Shown here piece after piece: positions 9,051 through 17,619 of a stretch of 20,000 nucleotides of DNA. The notes below the pieces were generated by a model. That model searched no databases and had not been told where the DNA came from. It was given only the letters and a program-made list of their open reading frames with translations. The stretch covers positions 246,294-266,293 of the forward strand of contig QPGO01000119.1 in NCBI GenBank assembly GCA_008632985.1, in the 5' to 3' direction. Each line of letters begins with the position of its first letter. Positions within the stretch are counted from its first letter, which is position 1. Source of the DNA: Psammoneis japonica (lineage: Eukaryota). The translations under genes were made by a program, and so were the position numbers.

Positions 9051-10904
9051 CTAATAGTCAGCCATATCGTCACTGTCGAAGAGGCAGCTTTGCCCTAACC
9101 TCCGAGTCTCGTCATATGGCCCACGAGAGTGTAATTCACCACCACCTTGTGTAATGCACTTGAACCACGCTAGATCAAAATCCTTATCCATGGGAGTCTC
9201 CGGGTGAGACTCAATCTCTTCCTGGAAATCTCCATACTCCCATCCGTCGTCACCGTCCATGACGACATTTCGGGTGATACCAATTAAGGCATCTACAGCA
9301 TGTTCAATCTTGCCACCTTTGCTAAAGTAGTGTCGTACCTTGCGCTCATCAAAGCTAATATAGAAACATCCCAATTGTTGTCGAATGCAATATACAGTCG
9401 GTACCCTGCCTTTGTGTAAGATGTACATCATGATCTCCCACAGATGGAGCCACGTGTCAACAAAACTCTGATAAAGTCCTTCGGGATGTTGCTGGAGAAC
9501 CTCGGCGGGAATGTAGGCAAGTCGACTCATTCCAAACACACATTGGGCAATGGAGGTAGGCCGACCAGGAGAAAAGAAAATGCCTTCATCTGAATGTTGA
9601 AAGTCCCTTTCAATTTCAGCAGTAATAGTCAATGCGCGGCGCATCCGCGGTGACATCCACCCGTCAATCAGCGACTCTTGCATGGACGGTGGCATGAGCA
9701 TCGAGGTGATTTCTAGCTCTGGAATGACATCCATATATCGTGGTGGGAGAGACTCTATCCCCATGGCGGCTTCAGAGTCATCCCGTGATTGTCTCGCATC
9801 CTCGACTATTTTGAGCGGCGTGTCACCATAGCGATTGGTTGCCATTGTATCTGCACCCAGAGAAATGAGATACCTAATGGCGTCATGGTTTTTCGATGCG
9901 GCAGCCACATGGATTGGCCGGTCACCGATTTCATCACCCTTCTTGATATCGCCACCCAACCGAACAAGGGTTTGAAGTATACTCAAAGTCTTAGAACTAG
10001 AAACACTGATCGCCACCGCAATGAACAAGGCTTTGGACTTTTCAATTGATGCCCCGCGCTGAATAAGATCTTGAAGTCGTGAGGAATAATCTTGTACAAT
10101 CGAGGACCTTGCTGATGATTCAATCGCTGCTGTTCTAGCAGACGAACCACTGCGCAACCACTCTTTTACAAGATTCTGGAGTTCCAAATCCAAACCTTGA
10201 GGCTGTTTCCGTTTTGGCTCCATGTAAAGTTCAATCTCTGAAGCTGATGCTTTGCTCAACCATTGTGATTTTGCGTAGGCGGGTGGATGATTGGCTTGAA
10301 AGTACATGGAGGACGTTAGAAACCATGTGTTCCACAATTCGGGTCGATTCCCCGCTTGCACAAACCCTAAACGAGCCCAGTGTCGAGCAATCTTGTGTTT
10401 GGCAGTTTCGAAATCTCCGTTTCCTCTATCTTCCCTTGAAAGAGAATTCGTCCAGTGTCCAATAGTGAGCGTCCCGGGTTGCAACACTGCCAGGCTCCAA
10501 GAATCTTTCAGTAAAACAAAAAGCTCATGAAGCAGTCGAAGTCCCAGATCGTTTCCTCTGTGGGACGGCTCCACCTCGACTTCTTCCAAAACGAGAAATC
10601 CACCTCTTGAGACACACGAGCTGTTTGAAGTCAATAATGGGTGATTGACTCGGTTGGCAATCCCGTGTTTTTCACAAAAGATACGAGCCATGTCAATGGT
10701 TTCTGCGGAAATGGCATCGGCAAACTCAAAGAAATGGCGCGACGGTCTGGGCAAAAGAGCCCCTCTGACAATCGCTGCAAGCTCGCCACCTTTCTCTTTC
10801 AATTCCATGGATATTCTGTATTCATTTTCATACTGGAGCTCCACTTTGTACTCTGTGCCGCCAGGAGGCCACGAAAAAAGACTTGACGAGTAGCGAACCA
10901 CCAT
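9051..10904 (-). CDS. Protein with N-terminal GNAT-like acetyltransferase region and central ankyrin repeats (617 aa)
   Basis: EVEVEPSHRGNDLGLRLL (GNAT motif A-like) and HWARLGF (motif B-like); ankyrin GDRPIHVAAASKNHDAIRYLISLGADTMATNRYGDTPL. Confidence 0.82.
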   Translation of the reverse strand: MVVRYSSSLFSWPPGGTEYKVELQYENEYRISMELKEKGGELAAIVRGALLPRPSRHFFEFADAISAETIDMARIFCEKHGIANRVNHPLLTSNSSCVSRGGFLVLEEVEVEPSHRGNDLGLRLLHELFVLLKDSWSLAVLQPGTLTIGHWTNSLSREDRGNGDFETAKHKIARHWARLGFVQAGNRPELWNTWFLTSSMYFQANHPPAYAKSQWLSKASASEIELYMEPKRKQPQGLDLELQNLVKEWLRSGSSARTAAIESSARSSIVQDYSSRLQDLIQRGASIEKSKALFIAVAISVSSSKTLSILQTLVRLGGDIKKGDEIGDRPIHVAAASKNHDAIRYLISLGADTMATNRYGDTPLKIVEDARQSRDDSEAAMGIESLPPRYMDVIPELEITSMLMPPSMQESLIDGWMSPRMRRALTITAEIERDFQHSDEGIFFSPGRPTSIAQCVFGMSRLAYIPAEVLQQHPEGLYQSFVDTWLHLWEIMMYILHKGRVPTVYCIRQQLGCFYISFDERKVRHYFSKGGKIEHAVDALIGITRNVVMDGDDGWEYGDFQEEIESHPETPMDKDFDLAWFKCITQGGGELHSRGPYDETRRLGQSCLFDSDDMADY

Positions 10905-11330
10905 GGCTGACGTGCGAATGTATAAGACACCGCTCTTATCGCCCGCAAAGAACCAACGAGACTTGTTTGTCTTAATGAAAGCAGTGGCAATAATTTATAC
11001 ACGTCCAATGAAACAGTAGATTCTTTTTCAACACCAAGAGTTGCATACAAGTAGCGGCACCGAACTGTCATGGCATTGATGCTTTGCGCGGCAATCTCAC
11101 AGTAAAGTATGGATAGACGTTACTAGACGTAGTATGAAACTCTTCAGATGCTGATGAGATTATTGAATTTTTTCGAAAAGTTTATTTTATTCTTTATTCG
11201 TACAGTATGGTAAAGAACTAATAAGACCATTGAATATTATCGAAAAATTTAGTTGAAGTCTATCATTTCTTGCGAACACCGATTTTTCTTTTCCAATAGC
11301 AATCTTTCGCGCTGTAGAGTCATTACGTAG

Positions 11331-11466
11331 AAATTGTGTAGGACAATACCATGACAAGTCTGTCTGTCTGTCCTTAGTGAATTTTAACTTTGCGAAAAAT
11401 TGTGTAGGACAATACCATGACAAGTCTGTCTGTCTGTCCTTAGTGAATTTTAACTTTGCGAAAAAT
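11331..11466. repeat. Perfect tandem duplication, 2 x 66 bp
   Basis: 11331-11396 is identical to 11397-11462, plus AAAT repeated at 11463-11466. Confidence 0.95.
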
Positions 11467-12534
11467 GGATTTGACTGTTTTCTGATCAGGCGTATTTTTC
11501 TTCAACACATTTGCAAAAATACGCCTGACCCGATAACAGTCAAGTCTATTTTTGCACAAATTGTGTGAACATAACAGTTTCATTACAAAAACGTGTAGAT
11601 TCTACAGGCGTCCATAATTAATTTATGGGTTATACGTCACGGGTCATTTTCAAAAGATTCCCATTGACTCTCTTGACTGCTGTCAGAATGATCCGTACAG
11701 TGCGGTAGTTGCAGATAGAGGATGCTTGCCATAAAGTATGATGTTCTTCGCTGATTGATTGGTGATGCGATTTTTGTCATGTTCGACTCTCAATTTGCAG
11801 CTGGACGCAACAAGACGATGTCTTCTGTTGCGACGATGGCGAGGGCGCGCACCAAGGCCATTCTGCCAGAATGCTTTGCTGAAGGGTTCTTGACGGTGTT
11901 TGCTGGAAATGGCTTTGTCACATTTGATCATTTCAGATGCCACAGGGTGTGTGTGGAAGTCTCCAATCTCATTTTACTGCACGTCCGAAGCCAGTGTGCG
12001 ACGAGAGCCGAGAGCATGCCTCCACTGCAGTTCAAACAAACAGTTTGAAAAGGCGGCCAGCATCGTCAGGCGTCAGCTCCTGCTAGAGAGGGCCCTAACT
12101 TGGGAAGGCATAACCCGCGTTTGCTTCGTGTCAAAAACCCATACGTGCTTCAACATAAATGTACACAGAAAAAAACGCGATACCTTTTTTCAAAGAACAA
12201 CCTTCGACAACCTTCTACACGTGTTGGATCCGCGAATCGAGCGTGGGATCCGCAATCGCGAGTTGCGGTTGATGGGATCAAAATATGCACTCCTTAATTT
12301 ATCATAAAGACACTCTCATATTTTGAATGGCTAATTTCATCGACGCCAATTGCCCTTTGGATGGTCGTGATCGAAAAAGTGTCGCGGCGCCCCAACATTT
12401 TTCCCAACGCACCTGTTTCCGCTTGCCTCTCATGCGTGCATCGCGGGCATCGCCAAGCACGTCTCACATCTCACACATCATGTAAAAAAATGAATGACAA
12501 CACAACTCGCAAGCACCAGCAAACTCAAGACAAA

Positions 12535-13107
12535 ATGGCGTTTTTCCTTTCATCGGATACCAGTATATCCTCTTTGGTAGAGCACGACCTGGCATCCACT
12601 TTTATCGACGACTTGACCTTTTCTTCAAAAGAATCTACTACTAACGCCGAATCGCAGAACGCTCCAAGTAGCATTCAGATTGACTTCCCACCTTCATCTC
12701 CTTTCGATGTATTTTTAGGAAAAGGCAAACGAATTCATGAACGAAATCGTTTATTTCACGAAGCTATCGACGAGAATCGAAAGCGTTACGCCGAGGCGAC
12801 GAACAAGCGAGAAAAGACAAGCATCACATACGAAATTATAAATGGGGTAAAATCGAAAGGAGGAAGGTTTCTTCAAAAAGATGACGCATCAGGAATGTAC
12901 ATTGAAGCCAGCGATAAAGTGGCTAGAGAAAAGGTGAGTCATGCACTGCGGGCTCCAAAGCCCGCTCGTCCATCGCTGCAACAAGGTGCCGGTAAGAAAA
13001 GAAAGAGGACCATTACTCAAATTGATCAAGAAAAACTCGAGAATTTGTTTTCAAGTCAACGTCAAATTTTCCAAGAGCTGTTGGAGTCGGAGGAGGATAA
13101 TGATTGA
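12535..13107 (+). CDS. DUF6824-type domain protein (family expanded in diatoms), ~190 aa
   Basis: DVFLGKG...NRLF...I...RKRY...KREKT.I..EII..VKSKGGRFL...DKVAREKVSHALR signature. Start taken at AAAATGG 12535; upstream in-frame ATGs exist. Confidence 0.85.
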   Translation: MAFFLSSDTSISSLVEHDLASTFIDDLTFSSKESTTNAESQNAPSSIQIDFPPSSPFDVFLGKGKRIHERNRLFHEAIDENRKRYAEATNKREKTSITYEIINGVKSKGGRFLQKDDASGMYIEASDKVAREKVSHALRAPKPARPSLQQGAGKKRKRTITQIDQEKLENLFSSQRQIFQELLESEEDND

Positions 13108-13872
13108 ACAAGTTCTTGCGGATCTGCCCAACGTGAGCAGAATGGTTGACTAAAAGGCGACGCGCCTATCCAATCCAATATATTATAGGTGACCAAGATC
13201 AATTAATAACTTCATATTAACGGATACATAGAGACACGAATCTTTTCCTTTTTCTCGTTGCTATGGACTCTAGATTGACTTTGGTTGTATCTACCACAGT
13301 ATCGCCGCCGAGTCAGGTCCGCGGGAGATGCCGGTACAGCGTATCGGCGGTTGCTTACCAGAAGATTGCAGAAAGTCTTGTTCCCGTCACGAATAATCAC
13401 GATTTTAAGGAATACCAAGGTAGTGGACATTTTGGTCTCGAAATCAATCATCTGAAAGCATCCTTTACAAGTTCCAAGGTGCACACTCGTTTGTTGAATT
13501 GTATCTCATTTTTCGAGGAGGCAAATGAATGCCATAATAATCTTTCCGTCTTTTCCATTGAGTTCTCCAAATGAAGTCAGAGTAATAGAGAGTTAGGAAT
13601 GCATTCAGACGTGACAAGGACAACATATCCCATCCGCTGATAACAGCACCAAGAAGACATCGGGACAGCTTCAAGATGTGGAAACGCACTATTCATTATT
13701 CTCCTTGAAGTTGCTTCTCGCACGTCTCGTTCGGTTTTGGAGTTGACCGGTAGAGAGCATGCGAGCTACGAGCTCCGGTATCTTTCCGTACTACCAGTAG
13801 ACCGTGTTGAAGCATGATAATATGTAGCTGTTGGCGTTGAAGCAGGGAAAGGGTATCGAAAGGAAACCGGCC

Positions 13873-14700
13873 ATGGCGTATTGGCGACAAGGATACCGTG
13901 ACTGGGACGATCCATGGTATGACGACAGTGAGGAAGAAGAGGAGGACATTACGTTTTACCGACCGGATGGGAAAACGGAACGCAAGAGCATAGAGTGGTG
14001 TCGATCCAATGGCTTTTTCGAGATTGAGGAGGGCCTGTGGTCCGGCGATTGGTACTGGGAACGTTTTCCCGAGAAAAAGAGAGAATTGGAACAAAAGAAG
14101 AGAAAAAGACAAGAAGATCTCAAGGATCCAAAGTATTGGGAAAAATGGCATGCGAAGCAGCGAGCAGATCGGCGGGCTAAACTCCTAGACGAAGTGTATG
14201 GCTCGGAGTACAGCAATGCACGAGCGCTTGCAGAGTTACGGAGAATGGGTGAGGAAGAGTATGAGTTTGAATGCCCCATTGTATGGTGCAAGAGTCGCTT
14301 CCCAACTAATGACGATATGCAAGAGCATGTGAGAGAACAATGCGGGAAAGGACATCATAAATACCGAGTTGAACATGGTATTCCGTTTGAAGGGATTGAT
14401 CCACTCGAAAAGAAAAAGTTAGAGCAACAACTACAAGAATTGGAACGCGAGTAATGGTTGCTTGAAGTAGAGTTAGAGGTCAGGCGTGAGTATGAGTTGG
14501 GTCCCAACAAACTATTGTACGCCGACAAGCACCTGTTTGATTTGGAGCTTGAGAATCGTCTGGACGAGAACCTGCTAGAGTTGGTTTACTGGCTAGAGTC
14601 TGTGCGATTGGCTCGATGCAACGCAAAAATGTGGGACGAGCAAGCCTACACACCAGAGCGATCATTTATGAAAAAATGGCTAGGGTTGGATGAACGTTGA
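13873..14700 (+). CDS. Charged hypothetical protein with a C2H2-like zinc finger; ends at 14454, or continues to 14700 through one in-frame TAA
   Basis: ATG 13873; FECPIVWCKSRFPTNDDMQEH motif; the same frame stays coding-like for 81 codons after TAA 14452-14454. Confidence 0.62.
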
Positions 14701-15329
14701 TTTTCAATTGGCGTGAACAAGAGTAGGACGACATTGCCACCAACTGAGGCTACATAACACTATTAACGGTAAAATCTTTGAGTCAATCGATGTGTCTACA
14801 GCGTGTTGTGTCCCTTAGATGATAAGGAATACTAGTACTACAGTACTTTCAACATGCACGCAGGTGCCGACAAATTACAACAAAAATGGCAACCGCTTGC
14901 TTGATGCGATGTCTGATTGATGACGTCCTTTTGCTTCACCCGAACATGAGGCATCTCCAGTCATGCGCGGGTGATGTGTAAGTAGAACTACTTTACTTTC
15001 GCATCTGTTTATCTGAATACGAATTGTCAACGGAGACTTGGAGTTCGTAATCCTTCGTTGTACTGTATGTGCAGTACAGTACCGTACTGAAGCTATCATC
15101 CGCGCCTGAGAAGGCTACCTTACGTACATTTCAACGTATCGTGAAAAGCGTGAATCAACTAATGGTAATTCGTATGACGATGGCGTCCCATGATGGATGC
15201 AGTAGCTCTTTGCTACACCTCCCGAAGTGGCCTCCCGACCCTCCGCCATGGCCATCCTTCTTTTTGCGGATCCTTTTCCCTGCTGTTCTTGCCTTTGCCA
15301 TCGTCTCCTTTCTCCATTCCCTTTCGGTC

Positions 15330-15840
15330 ACTCCCTTCGCTCCTTTCGCCTGTACATTTCTACGCCCCCTCTACTGGTCCCCAGTTTCCACGATTGCCAA
15401 CTGCCCTTCCAACTGCTCATTCCATTGCCCTTTCATTCTTCCTCACTCCCTTTCTTCATCCCAACAACTGCCCTCTGCCATTTCCCTTTCTACTCTTCCT
15501 TATGCCCTCTCTCCTTCTCCGCCTCGTTCGATTCTTTTCCCTATGGCCCCTCTTTGCCCCCTGACCTCTTCCCCACTTCCTCCTCTAGCAACCCCTTCAA
15601 TTGCCCCCCTTCCTCCCATGACTCCCTTCGCGCTTTTAGTTGTGACTCCTCTCCTATCGTTCCACATGCCTTTCTACGCCCCTCCGAACACGATTGCTTC
15701 CATACTCCTCTACAGCTTCCCCTACCCTTCAGCCCTCTCTACTGCCCCTTTCTCTTCCATGACTCCCTTCGCGCTTCTGCTTGTGCCTTCCCCCCTATGT
15801 TTCTATGCGCCCTCTACGATCATTCGTGTACGATTGCCCA
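15330..15840 (+). repeat. Three degenerate direct repeats in the element 5' region
   Basis: Ordered motifs ACTCCCTTCGC (15330, 15621, 15762), then TTTCTA(C/T)GC, then ACGATTGC in each unit. Confidence 0.75.
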
Positions 15841-15956
15841 CGTCATGCCTTCACCTTCCCTCCTCCTATCTTTCTACGCGTTCTGTGACCTTGTCGCTGT
15901 TTTTGGCGATCCGCACACAACAACGACTCTCTGCAACTTTCTCTTTCCGTTTGACC

Positions 15957-17619
15957 ATGTCCACTCTCGCCTCCGCTCCTCCTGCTGACGTTAAGCTTTT
16001 AGCTCAGGTCCTTCATCCTACTGACCTGCCTGACATGCCCACCATTGCTCTTGCGTCTGATGTCATTCGCGACATTGTTCTCAAGACGCCAGAGCATCAC
16101 AGCCGGCGTGTCTCTCCGCTCCTCCTCACTCTTGGCTCTGTGACGCTTGCTGAAACCAAGAAACGCTCCCACCCCCACCAGAATCAGTGGGCGTCTTACT
16201 TTCACGTTGCTCTTCACCCGGTGACGCCCGATGGCACCACCTTTGCCTTCGAATCCTTCCGCAGCCAAGCGCTCTCTTTTCTCCTTCAGAAATGGCATCT
16301 GCACCCTGCGTCGCACTTCACCCCCTTCCGCTCTGCCAGCTCCCCTTCCAATTTTCTCCACCCTGACTTCTCTCCGGTTTTGGCTGTGGACAATCCTTGG
16401 GCTCGACACTGCACCTTTGTGATCCCGGCCTGCAACTCTTTCGATGAAAAGGCTCGTGGCATCCTTGCTGGCCCCTCTCCAACCCTCTGCGGTTCTTCTT
16501 GACGCACTTCTGAGTTTCTCCTGTCCCGCCTTTGTTCCTTCCTTGTTGGCAAGATTTCCAGCACTGCGACCAATCCCATTCTTCAATCCTTCCGAGACTG
16601 TCCTGCCTTTCTTGGTCTCGTTGGAATTCGTCCTTCGCAATGCCCCGCTAACTCGGCCCAGGCGCGACGCTGTTCTCTTCCGGTTTTTTACATTTCTGCT
16701 GCCTCCGATGCCGTCTGGAACACCCCACTTCATGTCACCAATCCATCCAATGCGCCACCTGCCTCCTTCTCCATCCTGGGGACATCCACCACCATCATTC
16801 CCTTCCCAGCCCCGGCCAACTTTGCTTCCACCTACAACGCCCTCTCCGAGCAACATGAAAGTGGTTGTCTCTGACCATCTTCTCCTTCCTCTCACCCAAC
16901 CTGGCATCAGTCGTCTCCTTGCTGCAACCAATCTTCGCTCCCTTGTCCCCATCTTCTCTGCTCATGACTCCCTTCCAATCAAGTGCAAGCTGCTCTTTTT
17001 CCCGTCTCTGTGCACAATTGCTCTTGTGGATGCCAACCCACATGACTGTCCCAGCTTTCCCTTGGATCTCCTTGCCTCTGCGGCGGAATCTACCCATGAC
17101 GACAGCATGGCTTCCCCATCCTGTGCCTCTGCTGCTCTTCAGCCGCCTGCCCCCTCTCAAGATTCTTTCTCGTGTCGTGCCCTTGAGCTGCTTGCTCAAG
17201 ACTGGCAGCTCCCCAAACCCCAAGATCCGCTCCCCACTGCTGCATCTCCTTCCTCTCATCCTCCCCAAGCCCACTCCCTCACCACCGAGCCTCCTCCCTC
17301 CAAGCATCCCCACTCTTCTCCCGACACTTTCTCTCCGCCCCCTGCCATTCCTGCCGCAGTTGTGCAGACCTCTCCGCCCCCCACCACTCCCGATGCAATC
17401 ATGCAGACCGAATCTGATGACTCGGTTTCTCCTCAGCAGACCCAGCGCGAGATGGAACTCTTGGATGTCCTTGATGCCTTCGTAGGTGCTTGCTGCCCGG
17501 CCAGCCTTTCTGCCTGGAAACCTTTCTACGAAGAAGCCATCCGGGCTGCAGCCCCTGATGTCGACTCCCTCCGCGATCTCATTGCCTCGTGGAACCCACC
17601 GAAGCCCGTGCCCCGCTAA
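15957..17619 (+). pseudogene. Putative ORF1 of the CRE-like element, frameshifted near 16470-16500
   Basis: MSTLASAPP... frame ends at 16502 and overlaps a second frame running to TAA 17617-17619. The first frame is also open upstream to ATGs at 15162-15180, so the start is uncertain. Confidence 0.55.

Noticed and set aside
11331..11466. CRISPR-like array
   Set aside because: Only two directly adjacent copies, no spacers, eukaryotic context.
11640..12420. Possible DNA transposon/MITE remnant
   Set aside because: I could not identify terminal inverted repeats, a target-site duplication or transposase motifs.
13200..13830. Short ORFs on both strands (including a GELNGKDGKII fragment)
   Set aside because: Fragmentary; no coherent gene model.
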